DNA from: a virus
Taxonomy: Duplodnaviria; Caudoviricetes
IMG/VR virus record: IMGVR_UViG_3300033181_000004
Location: 1-40,136 of that record
DNA: 40,136 nucleotides
Strand: one strand, 5' to 3'
Of the stretch, positions 14,425-23,731 are shown one piece after another (positions within the stretch are counted from its first letter, which is position 1; each line of letters opens with the position of its first letter). The notes under the pieces were generated by a model that saw only the letters and a list, made by a program, of their open reading frames with translations, was not told where the DNA came from and ran no database searches. The position numbers and the translations under genes are program-made.

Positions 14425-15218
14425 GCGACTTACCGCAGTATCTGAAACGGCTGCAAGCCGAGAGCATTTACGTCATCCGCGAAACCGCAGCAGAGTGCCG
14501 CAAGCCGGTTTTCCTCTACTCGGTCGGCAAAGACAGTTCCGTGGTGCTGCGTCTGATGCAAAAGGCGTTCTTCCCCGGTCGCCTGCCGTTTCCTCTGCTG
14601 CATATCGACACCGGATGGGATTTCCGCGAAATCATCGCCCATCGTGATGGCATCGTTCGCGAACTCGGCCTAGAACTGACAGTCCACACCAACCCCGACG
14701 GCGTTGCAGCCAATATCAACCCGCTAGACCACACACCAAGCCACTACACGCAGGTGATGAAGCTAGATGCGCTGGACCAAATGCTGACCGCGCATGGCTT
14801 CGATGCAGTGTTCGGTGGCGCTCGCCGCGACGATGAGCAGATACGAGCCACGGAGCCAGTTTTTGGCATTCGCACGGCACCGCGTTCCGGCCAGAACCTA
14901 CGGGTGTTCCCGCTGTCGAACTGGACCGAGGCCGACGTGTGGACCTACATCATGGCCGAGGACATCCCCATCGTGCCGCTGTACTACGCGGCCTCGCGCG
15001 AGGTGGTGGAGCGCGACGGCAGCCTGATCGCGGTGCATGATGAACGGATGCGGCTTCGGCCGGGCGAGGTGCCGCAGGCCCGCATGGTGCGGTTCCGCTC
15101 GCTAGGCTGCTACCCGCTGACCGCGGCGATGGAGAGCACCGCCACCACCCTGCCGGAGATCGTGGCCGAGACACTGGCGGCGCAAAAGAACGAGCGCAGC
15201 GGGCGGGTGATCGCATGA
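14421..15218 (+). CDS. cysD: Sulfate adenylyltransferase subunit 2 homolog, with internal and C-terminal deletions
   Basis: [23 protein letters not shown]-loop, [47 protein letters not shown]. Confidence 0.9.
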   Translation: MSDLPQYLKRLQAESIYVIRETAAECRKPVFLYSVGKDSSVVLRLMQKAFFPGRLPFPLLHIDTGWDFREIIAHRDGIVRELGLELTVHTNPDGVAANINPLDHTPSHYTQVMKLDALDQMLTAHGFDAVFGGARRDDEQIRATEPVFGIRTAPRSGQNLRVFPLSNWTEADVWTYIMAEDIPIVPLYYAASREVVERDGSLIAVHDERMRLRPGEVPQARMVRFRSLGCYPLTAAMESTATTLPEIVAETLAAQKNERSGRVIA

Positions 15219-15379
15219 GCGACGACGAGCCGTTTTTCCACTTGTCTCCGCTCGAAGAAGCGGCGGTTCAGGGCAATCTCCGGATGTTCCCGGCCCGGTT
15301 CTGGCGGCACTACTGCATGTGGCGGATGCACTTCACCCGCTGGAACGCGCTCCAGGCCGCATGGAGGACCGCGCGATGA
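15215..15379 (+). CDS. 54-aa Trp/Arg-rich hypothetical protein (not in ORF track)
   Basis: ATGA-coupled: [54 protein letters not shown]. Confidence 0.6.
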   Translation: MSDDEPFFHLSPLEEAAVQGNLRMFPARFWRHYCMWRMHFTRWNALQAAWRTAR

Positions 15380-15609
15380 GCGAGTTCCGGGTGCCACCAC
15401 ATTTCCGGGTGCCACCGCATCTTGATGTGTTCACACGCGCCAACCTGTTCGACTTGGGATATCCAGGCCCATACGCCGACGCGCAACGCGCCCTAGCCCG
15501 CGCCGGCTGGCACTACGACGCCTTCAACGATAGCTGGCGCAGGCCGGAACCCGACCCTCCCGCCGCGACTTGGAACGAACTGAGAGCGGCCTGGAGGAGC
15601 GCGCGATGA
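15376..15609 (+). CDS. 77-aa hypothetical protein
   Basis: GGAGG RBS, ATGA coupling. (FRVPPH)x2 and ends WNELRAAWRSAR. Confidence 0.6.
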   Translation: MSEFRVPPHFRVPPHLDVFTRANLFDLGYPGPYADAQRALARAGWHYDAFNDSWRRPEPDPPAATWNELRAAWRSAR

Positions 15610-16100
15610 GCGATCAGCTCCAACGGGAACTGGAGGAGCAAAGTATGCGCAACCCGTTTTCCAGGCTGAGCGATGAACGACTGATTGAGATACTTGCCCA
15701 CCTCACCGCGGCAGTCGCCGCTAACACGGAAGCAATCACCATCATGTCAATCTCCACCGGCTCCCTCGACACCAGCATTCAGCAGCTCATCGCCGACAAC
15801 GCGACGCTCAAAAGCAGCGTCGACGCCGCACCGGCCGAGCTCGCAACGCTGGTCGCCGCCGCCATCGCCAAACAGGTCAGCGTCGGCGTCACCCCGGCAC
15901 AGATGCAATCGCTGTTCGACCTGCACACCGCCCTCGGCGGCGAGACGGCGCAGCTCACGGCGGCACTCGCCGGCACCCCGCCCGTCGTGACACCGCCGGT
16001 CACCACCACTGGCCCTGCGGGTATGGGCACCGCGCCCGTCGTGACGCCCGCGCCCAATCCCACAGCGCCGACCGTGACCGCCACGCAGCCCGCCCCGTAA
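15606..16100 (+). CDS. Hypothetical helical protein with Pro/Thr-rich tail
   Basis: GGAGGAG RBS and phage-like codon usage. Confidence 0.7.
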   Translation: MSDQLQRELEEQSMRNPFSRLSDERLIEILAHLTAAVAANTEAITIMSISTGSLDTSIQQLIADNATLKSSVDAAPAELATLVAAAIAKQVSVGVTPAQMQSLFDLHTALGGETAQLTAALAGTPPVVTPPVTTTGPAGMGTAPVVTPAPNPTAPTVTATQPAP

Positions 16101-16138
16101 TCGCTGATTTTAATTGCTGAACAGGACGCAATCAGAAC

Positions 16139-16426
16139 GTGTTTCAACCGGGTGTATCTGGTAATCCGAGCGGCCGGCCAAAGTCCAAGGTCGACATTAA
16201 GGAACTGGCTCGCACCCACGCGAAGGTCGCGATTGAGGCGCTGGTTGCGGCCCTGAGTGATCCCAAGGCACGTGTGCCTGCTGCTGTGGCACTGCTGGAC
16301 CGAGGCTTTGGGCGCCCAATGCAGGCCACCGAGGTGACTGGCGCGGAGGGCGGCGCCATCACCTTCCGCTGGGCCGATGTCATGCCAGCAGTCATGACGG
16401 TCGCGGACGAACAGCCCGAGGAATGA
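16139..16426 (+). CDS. terS: Terminase small subunit (DUF5681-type N-terminus)
   Basis: FQPGVSGNPSGRPK...LLDRGFGRP...EVTGAEGGAI, directly upstream of and overlapping terL. Confidence 0.8.
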   Translation: MFQPGVSGNPSGRPKSKVDIKELARTHAKVAIEALVAALSDPKARVPAAVALLDRGFGRPMQATEVTGAEGGAITFRWADVMPAVMTVADEQPEE

Positions 16427-17715
16427 GCCGCGAGATCGTGCTGCCGTTTGCGCCGCGTCCATGGCAGCGCCCGCTGATTGACGATACCGCCCCGCGCATC
16501 GTCGCCGTCGTCCACCGCCGGGCCGGCAAATCCACGGCGCTCATCTGGCGCGGTCTCAAACGCTGCCTGATCGAGCGCAAGCCGCTGCCCCGCGTGGTCC
16601 ACATCCTGCCCTACGGCGTCATGTGGAAGCGCACGGGGCTATGGGATCAGGCAGTTCGTGGCGCCGAAGCGATACCGGGCGCGGTCGTGAACAAGAACGA
16701 CCTGACGATCAAGTTCTCCAACGGCTCGACGTGGCAAGCCGGCGGTGCCGACAACCCCGACAGCTGGCGCGGTGGCTACGCCGACGAGGCAATCATCGAC
16801 GAGCTGGAGGACACCCCGCCGGCGCTGATCCCGCTGGTGATCGAGCCGATGCTGGCTGACCGAAATGGCATCCTGTTGCGCAGCGGCACGCCCAAGGGGC
16901 GCGGCTTGCTCCAGGCGGCGCACGACCGGGCCAAGACAACGCCGGGCTACAGCTCCTACTTCCTCGACTACACCCGCACGCACGCGCTGAGCGACGAGGC
17001 CATTGCGATGCTGCGCCAGGAGATGACGCCGGGCGAATTCAAGCAGGAGCTGGAGTGCAGCTTCGAGACGCCCAACAGCGGCAGCTACTACGGCGAGTTG
17101 ATGCAGGCCGCCGAGACTGATGGCCGTATCACCGCCGTGCCCTACGATCCGCTGCTGCGTGTCAGCACGGCTTGGGACTTGGGCATCGACGACAGCACAG
17201 CCATCTGGTGCATCCAGATCAGCCGCTCCGGGCAGTGGCGGTTCATCGATTACATTGAGCACTCGGGCGTGGCGCTCGACTATTACGTCAAGCAGCTGCA
17301 AGCCCGGCCATACGTCTACGAGCGCCACCTGCTGCCGCACGACGCGGAGGTGCGCGAACTGGGTACGGGCAAGAGCCGAACCGAGACGTTGCGCGGCCTG
17401 GGTGTCACCCCGATCACCATAGTCCCGGCGCAGAGCGTGGCGGACGGCATCAACGCGGTCCGGATGATCCTGCCCAAGGCGTGGTTTGACGCGGCAAAGT
17501 GTGCGCCGGGCATCAAGGCGTTGCGGCATTACCGGCGGGAGTGGAACGAGGGCGCGCAGACGTGGCGTTCAGCCCCGGTCCATGATTTCGCCAGTCACGC
17601 GGCCGACAGCCTGCGCTATGCCGCGATGGGGCTGCGCGACACGATCAAGGCGCCGCCAGTGCCGCAACGCCGCTCGATGGCGCCAGCGCAGGGAACCGGA
17701 CGGTGGATGGGATAA
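16423..17715 (+). CDS. terL: Terminase large subunit
   Basis: PRPWQ, Walker A HRRAGKS, Walker B AIIDE, GTPKG, nuclease AWDLGIDDST, HDFASHAADSLRY. Confidence 0.95.
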   Translation: MSREIVLPFAPRPWQRPLIDDTAPRIVAVVHRRAGKSTALIWRGLKRCLIERKPLPRVVHILPYGVMWKRTGLWDQAVRGAEAIPGAVVNKNDLTIKFSNGSTWQAGGADNPDSWRGGYADEAIIDELEDTPPALIPLVIEPMLADRNGILLRSGTPKGRGLLQAAHDRAKTTPGYSSYFLDYTRTHALSDEAIAMLRQEMTPGEFKQELECSFETPNSGSYYGELMQAAETDGRITAVPYDPLLRVSTAWDLGIDDSTAIWCIQISRSGQWRFIDYIEHSGVALDYYVKQLQARPYVYERHLLPHDAEVRELGTGKSRTETLRGLGVTPITIVPAQSVADGINAVRMILPKAWFDAAKCAPGIKALRHYRREWNEGAQTWRSAPVHDFASHAADSLRYAAMGLRDTIKAPPVPQRRSMAPAQGTGRWMG

Positions 17716-17853
17716 TCGGCTGCGCGCCATAGCGCCGGCCCACGAGGCAGCCGCAAGGCTGTGTGACGTGCCTCTGGACGTTTCCCCCTACCAAACTCGG
17801 CCGGCGGTGCGGGGCAACCCTCTCAACCGGCCATCTTTTCGGGATGAACATGA

Positions 17854-18063
17854 ATGTTCGAACGTTATCGCCGCAGCCAAATTGCGGAACTTCGCCCGTA
17901 TGTACCCGGTGAGACGCTGAATGACCGGGTAAGCGTGTCAGCATCCGACCTTGAAGCCGGATCGCCCAAGGCGGGCGACATGATCGCCCGCAACCCGAAG
18001 AACCACGACGATCAATGGCTGGTTGCGGCCGTCTACTTCGCGGACAATTTCGAGCCGGCATAA
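17854..18063 (+). CDS. Conserved small phage protein
   Basis: YRRSQIAELRPYVPGE...GSPKAGDMIARNPKNHDDQWLVA..YF.DNFE. Confidence 0.75.
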   Translation: MFERYRRSQIAELRPYVPGETLNDRVSVSASDLEAGSPKAGDMIARNPKNHDDQWLVAAVYFADNFEPA

Positions 18064-18072
18064 GGCGACCAC

Positions 18073-20241
18073 ATGAGCCGCGTCGACAGCAAAGCCGACG
18101 AGAAGATACTGTCCGAGGCCAAGCGCCGCTTCCAACGCGCCGAGGAGTGGGAGAGTGCATCTCGCGACCGCTACCGCGAGGACGTGAAGTTCTCTGAGGG
18201 CGACAGCGAGAACAACTGGCAGTGGCCCGACAAGATCTACAACGACCGCTCCGGCAGCCGCCGCCCCGCGCTCACGATGAACAAGGTGCGCCAGCACTGC
18301 CTGCAGATCATCAACGACGCGCGCCAGAACAAAGCCGCGATCAAGGTCACGCCGACCGGTGACGGGGCCACCTACGAGGCCGCGCAGATGTTCAGCGGTC
18401 TGTGCCGGCACATCGAGTACCAGTCGCAGGCAACCGAGGCGTACGAGGCGGCGACCAACAGCCAGGTCCGCGGCGGCTGGGGCTACTGGCGGGTGCTGAC
18501 CGACTACGAGGGCGACGACAGCCTGAACCTGGAGATCTACATCCGGCGCATCGCCGACCCCACTAGCGTCTACCTGGACCCCGAGATCCAGCAGTTCGAC
18601 GGCTCGGACGCCAAATGGGGGTTCGTGACCAAGCAGCGCCCGCATGACGACGCTCTGCTCGACCATCCCGAACTGCGTGACACGCTCACCGGGCCATACA
18701 ACCAGACCGACGGCTGGGTGACCGAGGACGATTGCCGCGAGGCTGAATATTGGCGCGTGGTCGATAGTGGTGACACGCTGCACCAGCTGAACGATGGCAG
18801 AACGGTGCGCGGTGCAGTGCCTACCGGCTATAGGTCGATGAAATCACGCAGCATCGTCGCGCCGAAGGTCGAGTGGTTCAAGATCGTCGGCAACGAGATC
18901 GTTGACCGAGAGGACTGGCCGGGCCGTTACATTCCTCTCGTCCGCGTCATCGGCGAGGAGACGGTGATCGACGGCAAGCTCGACCGCAAAGGTCACACCA
19001 GGGCGATCAAGGATGCCCAGCGCACAAAGAACTACTGGATGAGCGCGGCCGTCGAGTTCGTGGCATTGCAGGGCAAAACGCCATACAAAAGCACTGCGGC
19101 GAGCGTGGAAGGCTACGAGGAAGACTGGAACAATGCCCATTTAGAGAACAAGGCATTGCTGCTCTACAACGGCTATGACGACGCCGGACGGGAATTGAAA
19201 GCTCCCGAACGCCAAGAGCCGCCGACGATGGCGCAGGCGTATCTCCAAGGCATGACCATCGCCGACAACGAGATGATGGCCGTGTCTGGCCAGTATCAGG
19301 CCGAGATGGGCGCACCGGGCAACGAGCGCTCCGGCGTCGCCATCGAGCAGCGGCAGCGCCAGGGCGACAACGCCACGTACCACTACATCGACCACTTGGC
19401 TCAGGCGATCAGGTTCACCGGGCGCATCCTGGTCGACCTCATTCCGCACGTCTACGACACCCCGCGCGTGCTCAAGATCATGGCCGACGACGGCTCCGAG
19501 AGCGAAGTCCACATCGACCCGACGTTGCAGACTGCGCACGCGGTGACACCCGATCCGACGCCGCAGCCGATGGACCCCAGCGGGCAGAGGCCGACCGAGG
19601 CCGAAAGCCAGCAGCAGCGGGTGCGGACGTTCCTGAACCCCTCCGTGGGGCGCTACATGGTGCAGGCCGATGTTGGGCCGTCGTTCGGCACGCAGCGGCA
19701 GGAGGCGTTCGAGGCGTTTACGCAGATCACCAGCCAGAACAAGGAATTGATGCCCGTCGTGGGCGATTTGCTGTTCAAGAACGCCGATTTTCCCGGTGCC
19801 GACGAGATCGCGGAACGGCTCAAGCGCATGGTGCCACCGCAGGCGCTGGGTGGGCCATCCCCGGCGATGCAGCAGATGCAGCAGCACCTACAGACGGTCA
19901 CGGGGCATGGGCAGGCTGTGGCGCAGCAGGCAGACAAGGATGTTGCCGACCTCAAGGATCAGATCGCCGCTCTGCAACTCCAGTTGAAGAACAAGGGCGG
20001 CGAGGGCGAAACTAAGTCGTATGAGAGCGAGACGCGGCGCTTGGTGGCAATCACGGCGGCCGATCCGACCGTGGCGAGCATTCTGGCGCGCTCCCTGTTG
20101 TCGGGCATGATCGGGATGCCGGCCTTGCCGCTGATCCAGGCGCACGACGCCGCCAATGCCGCCCACGACCAGGGCATTGCCGCGATGGCCCCGCCTGCGC
20201 CAGAAGGTGCGGAACCACAACCGCAGGCAGATGCGTCATGA
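18073..20241 (+). CDS. P22-like portal protein
   Basis: 722 aa after terL. QWP...RPALTMNK, GGWGYWRV, PGRYIPLV, DAQR..NYW.S, SGVAI..RQ.QG and a helical barrel tail. Confidence 0.93.
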   Translation: MSRVDSKADEKILSEAKRRFQRAEEWESASRDRYREDVKFSEGDSENNWQWPDKIYNDRSGSRRPALTMNKVRQHCLQIINDARQNKAAIKVTPTGDGATYEAAQMFSGLCRHIEYQSQATEAYEAATNSQVRGGWGYWRVLTDYEGDDSLNLEIYIRRIADPTSVYLDPEIQQFDGSDAKWGFVTKQRPHDDALLDHPELRDTLTGPYNQTDGWVTEDDCREAEYWRVVDSGDTLHQLNDGRTVRGAVPTGYRSMKSRSIVAPKVEWFKIVGNEIVDREDWPGRYIPLVRVIGEETVIDGKLDRKGHTRAIKDAQRTKNYWMSAAVEFVALQGKTPYKSTAASVEGYEEDWNNAHLENKALLLYNGYDDAGRELKAPERQEPPTMAQAYLQGMTIADNEMMAVSGQYQAEMGAPGNERSGVAIEQRQRQGDNATYHYIDHLAQAIRFTGRILVDLIPHVYDTPRVLKIMADDGSESEVHIDPTLQTAHAVTPDPTPQPMDPSGQRPTEAESQQQRVRTFLNPSVGRYMVQADVGPSFGTQRQEAFEAFTQITSQNKELMPVVGDLLFKNADFPGADEIAERLKRMVPPQALGGPSPAMQQMQQHLQTVTGHGQAVAQQADKDVADLKDQIAALQLQLKNKGGEGETKSYESETRRLVAITAADPTVASILARSLLSGMIGMPALPLIQAHDAANAAHDQGIAAMAPPAPEGAEPQPQADAS

Positions 20242-20414
20242 TGAGCCATGCTGAACGTGTTCAAACGGAAATCCGGATGCTGCAAGGTATATACGCAACT
20301 ATTGAAATGAAACGGCAGGATGCCCTTAAGCCTGGAGCTGACATCGCTTGGATTGAGCAAAACATAAGAGATCTCGAAGCACTATCTAGACGCATTGAGA
20401 ATAGATCAACATGA
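20241..20414 (+). CDS. 57-aa low-GC coiled-coil protein (not in ORF track)
   Basis: Overlaps the portal stop: MSHAERVQTEIRMLQGIYATIEMKRQDALKPGADIAWIEQNIRDLEALSRRIENRST*. Confidence 0.6.
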   Translation: MSHAERVQTEIRMLQGIYATIEMKRQDALKPGADIAWIEQNIRDLEALSRRIENRST

Positions 20415-20584
20415 GCCAGACCACCGAACAGCCGGCAGCCGCCGTCGAACCGCCACGCAAGCTGCTGGCTGTTGCCGATCCCAACTGCAAATGGTGCGGC
20501 GGTAGCGGCGTAACATGGCCCCGGATGGCGACATGCGGCTGCATCACTTTGGTCCCCATCTTGCCCAACATTGAGTGCGTCTGA
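20411..20584 (+). CDS. 57-aa Cys-rich protein (not in ORF track)
   Basis: ATGA/TGATG coupled. ADPNCKWCGGSG...TCGC resembles a CxxCxGxG zinc motif. Confidence 0.6.
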   Translation: MSQTTEQPAAAVEPPRKLLAVADPNCKWCGGSGVTWPRMATCGCITLVPILPNIECV

Positions 20585-21300
20585 TGTCTGAGACCACATC
20601 CCAGCCCGCGCCAGCCGCCGAACCCGCCGACACCCCCGCGCCCGGCACCGAGACGCCCGCCACGGAGGCCACCACCGAGGGCGAAGGCGAGCCGAAGCCG
20701 GAACCGGAGGCGAAAGCCAAGTCCGAGCGCGAGCCGTGGTTCGTCAAGCGCATTGCCGAGCTGACCCGCGACAAAGCCGACCGTGACCGGGTACTCCAGC
20801 AGGCGCAGACCGAGTTGCAGCGCGCACGGGCCGCGCAGCCGGCCGACCCAAACGCACCGCAGGACGTGAACGCGGTTGCCGAGCGCCGCGCGCAGCAGAT
20901 GGTGGCGGAGGGAAAGTTCACCGCCGACTGCAACAAGACCTACGAGGCCGGCAAGGCGGCGTTCCCGACGTTTGACGCGGACATGGCGACGCTGAACAGC
21001 ATCGGCGTGTCGCGCGGGCTGATCGAGGCGGCGCTGGAGGCCGGCAACGCGCACCAGGCGCTGCACAACCTGGCAGCCGACCCCGACGAGGCCATGCGGA
21101 TCATGGGGCTATCACCGGCCCGCATGGGGGCGGCACTGGCCAAGCTGGCGGCGGCTCCGGCCAAGCCGGTGCCGGTGACCGGCGCTCCGGCTCCGGTGCG
21201 GAGCATCAACGGCGGTGGCGGCAAGGGCAACGACGACCCGGACAAGATGTCGATGTCGGAGTATTCGGCATGGCGGGCGAAAACGGCCAAACTGCACTAA
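20584..21300 (+). CDS. Scaffolding protein
   Basis: Acidic/Pro-rich N-terminus, KRIAELTR coiled coil, and C-terminal DPDKMSMSEYSAWR coat-binding-like helix. Lies between portal and coat. Confidence 0.85.
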   Translation: MSETTSQPAPAAEPADTPAPGTETPATEATTEGEGEPKPEPEAKAKSEREPWFVKRIAELTRDKADRDRVLQQAQTELQRARAAQPADPNAPQDVNAVAERRAQQMVAEGKFTADCNKTYEAGKAAFPTFDADMATLNSIGVSRGLIEAALEAGNAHQALHNLAADPDEAMRIMGLSPARMGAALAKLAAAPAKPVPVTGAPAPVRSINGGGGKGNDDPDKMSMSEYSAWRAKTAKLH

Positions 21301-21563
21301 TCCGACCGGGATGTAGGCAAAACGGCCGGCCTCCACAGTTCTTTGTTCCCACGCTCAAATATCTGATCCGGAGGAATGGGGAACTTGATATCCGACAGGA
21401 TCAAGCCGTTTTTCAGGCAGGACCAATACAGCGTCTCGTCGTCGATCCTTTTTGCTGTGCCGTCGGGGAAAGTGGCTGAAATGGCCGCAATGGCTTCCTC
21501 TATCGGGTTGAGCAGGTAGGGCTGGCATTCCCAACTAAAGATGTAGTCGCAATCGCGGCTCAT
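21297..21563 (-). CDS. Antisense-oriented moron gene, hypothetical
   Basis: Low GC, GGAGGG RBS and AT-rich upstream TAGTGTAATATGAT. Inserted between scaffold and coat. Confidence 0.65.
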   Translation of the reverse strand: MSRDCDYIFSWECQPYLLNPIEEAIAAISATFPDGTAKRIDDETLYWSCLKNGLILSDIKFPIPPDQIFERGNKELWRPAVLPTSRSD

Positions 21564-21790
21564 TGTGCGCCCTCCAAAGGATCATATTACACTAGCCCAC
21601 GACGTGCGTAAGCGCCCTCCGGCGGGATAAGCCGAGCGACCAGCCGTGCCTTGCCGTCCTGCCGGCTCATGCAGTGCGACCAGCCCAAACTCCCTCCGGC
21701 GGGCCAATGCCGTGCGACGACCCAACCGCAAGAGCGCCCTCGGCGTGAGCGGTTCCCCGCACAGCATCCCACCGTCGAGGATCATCCCCC

Positions 21791-23023
21791 GTGGCCAATA
21801 CACTGCTCACCCCTTCGATCATCACGAAGGAGACCGTTCGGCTGTTCAAGAACAGCAACGCGCTCCTTAAGATGGTCGACACGCAATACGACGATCAGTT
21901 CGCCAACTCCGGCGCGAAGATCGGCAACACCCTGCGCATCCGCCTGCCGAACGACTACGCCGTGCGCACCGGCCCAACGGCGGTGGTGCAGAACACCATC
22001 GAGACCAACACCTTGCTGACCATCGGCAGCCAGATCGGCGTCGACATCTCGTTCAGCATGGCCGACCGCACCCTGACCATCGACCAGTACAGCAGCCGAT
22101 ACATCCGCCCGGCAGTGAACAAGCTCGCCGGCTACATGGCTGCCGATTTGATGCAGGTGGCCGAGACGACCAGCAACTTCGTCCACAACGTCGACACGGG
22201 CGGGAACACTATCCCGCCGACCGCGAATACTTGGCTGCGGGCCGGCGCGGTGCTGGACAACTACGGCGCCCCGCGCGACCAGCGCAACATCGTCCTGTCG
22301 CCGTTCACCCAGGCGAACACCGTCTCCTCGCTGAGCGGCCTGTTCAACAGCCAAGCCAAGATCTCCAGCCAGTACACCACCGGCATGATGGGCATGGATG
22401 TACTCGGCTTTGACTGGGCAATGGACCAGACCGTGATCCGCCACCAGACGGCGGCGTATGGCGTGCTGCCGACCGTCAACGGCGCCGGCCAGTTCGGTGC
22501 CGCGATCACCGTGACGGCGCTCGCTGGCCCGCTGAACAAGGGCGATTTCGTGCAGTTCGCCGGCGTCTACAACGTCAACCGCGTCACCAACGCATCGAGC
22601 GGCGCGCTGGCGATGTTCGTGGTGACGGCAGCGACCCCGGCTGGCGCCACCTCGATCCCGATCTACCCCGCGCTCACTCCGCCGACCGTCGTTGCTGGCC
22701 TGACCGGCAGTGCGTACCAAACCGTGACCAACAGCCCGGCCAACGGCGCGCAGGTCACCAGCCCGGTGAATGCGGGCGAACTGGTCACCAAGAACCTAGC
22801 GTTCCGGCCCGAGGCGTTCACGCTGGCGACCGCTGACATGGAGTTGCCGCGCGGCGTGCATGAGGCGCACCGTGAGAACCAGGATGGCATCAGCGTGCGC
22901 TTGGTGACGGCCTACAACATCAGCACCGACCAGATGGTGACCCGCCTGGATATTCTCTACGGCTGGGCGGCGGTGCGACCGGAATGGGCCGTGATTGTCG
23001 GCGATGTGGGCATCCAGGGTTAG
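21791..23023 (+). CDS. Major capsid protein (P22 coat gp5 family)
   Basis: MANTLLTPSIITKE...YDDQFA..GAKIGNTLRIRLP...NLAF...AFTLATADM.LP...RLDILYGW...RPEWA. Confidence 0.95.
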   Translation: MANTLLTPSIITKETVRLFKNSNALLKMVDTQYDDQFANSGAKIGNTLRIRLPNDYAVRTGPTAVVQNTIETNTLLTIGSQIGVDISFSMADRTLTIDQYSSRYIRPAVNKLAGYMAADLMQVAETTSNFVHNVDTGGNTIPPTANTWLRAGAVLDNYGAPRDQRNIVLSPFTQANTVSSLSGLFNSQAKISSQYTTGMMGMDVLGFDWAMDQTVIRHQTAAYGVLPTVNGAGQFGAAITVTALAGPLNKGDFVQFAGVYNVNRVTNASSGALAMFVVTAATPAGATSIPIYPALTPPTVVAGLTGSAYQTVTNSPANGAQVTSPVNAGELVTKNLAFRPEAFTLATADMELPRGVHEAHRENQDGISVRLVTAYNISTDQMVTRLDILYGWAAVRPEWAVIVGDVGIQG

Positions 23024-23044
23024 GCCAGAAAGGGAGCATCTGAA

Positions 23045-23425
23045 ATGCAGGAATATCCTCGGATTTTGTACGCCTCTGACAGCCCCGCGACCCTTACCGT
23101 GCCTGATGAGGCCGCGCACAAGGCGGCAGGTGCCGGCTGGAACACCGAGCCGACAGACATGCACCGCGCCAGCCCGGTACCGCCTCCCGTGCCCGTCCCG
23201 TCGAACCAGGAGGCGTTTGCCGAGCATATCGCGCAGACGGTCACCGACCGCGTGCTGGCCGGCTTGGCGGCACTGCTGGACAAGCCACCGCTGGGACCGG
23301 AAGCCGCCGCACCGCCAGCCGCCAAGCCGGAGCCGTATGTTGAGCCGGAACCGGAACCGTCCGGCAAGCGCGGCCGTCGTAGTGGCGCTGATCCGGTGCC
23401 CGAACCCCCCGAGAGTGGAGAGTAG
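23045..23425 (+). CDS. Hypothetical protein after coat
   Basis: AAGGGAG RBS. MQEYPRILY..., Pro-rich with a basic tail. Confidence 0.7.
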   Translation: MQEYPRILYASDSPATLTVPDEAAHKAAGAGWNTEPTDMHRASPVPPPVPVPSNQEAFAEHIAQTVTDRVLAGLAALLDKPPLGPEAAAPPAAKPEPYVEPEPEPSGKRGRRSGADPVPEPPESGE

Positions 23426-23427
23426 AC

Positions 23428-23727
23428 ATGGACCCGCTTGAGTTCCCGACGTTCCCCTTGACGCTGTACAACCCGATCTACGGGGCGCGCACGGCCAAGA
23501 CGGCCGACGACCTCCCGAAGATGTTCACCGACATCACCCAATGGTTCAAGACGGCGGTCGAGGCCGACCAGCACCGTACCGAGACCGATGCCAGCATTGC
23601 CGTGGCGCACCGGCTCAAGAACCGCGTCGACCACGCCTTGGGCGACGATCATCCAGTGTCCGACAAAGTGGTGGAGAACTCGGTGGTGGCCGACCAGCGC
23701 ATTCGCGCCGGCGATCCGGAGCCGTAG
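23428..23727 (+). CDS. Hypothetical protein
   Basis: GGAGAG RBS, in the operon. Confidence 0.7.
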   Translation: MDPLEFPTFPLTLYNPIYGARTAKTADDLPKMFTDITQWFKTAVEADQHRTETDASIAVAHRLKNRVDHALGDDHPVSDKVVENSVVADQRIRAGDPEP

Positions 23728-23731
23728 GCGC

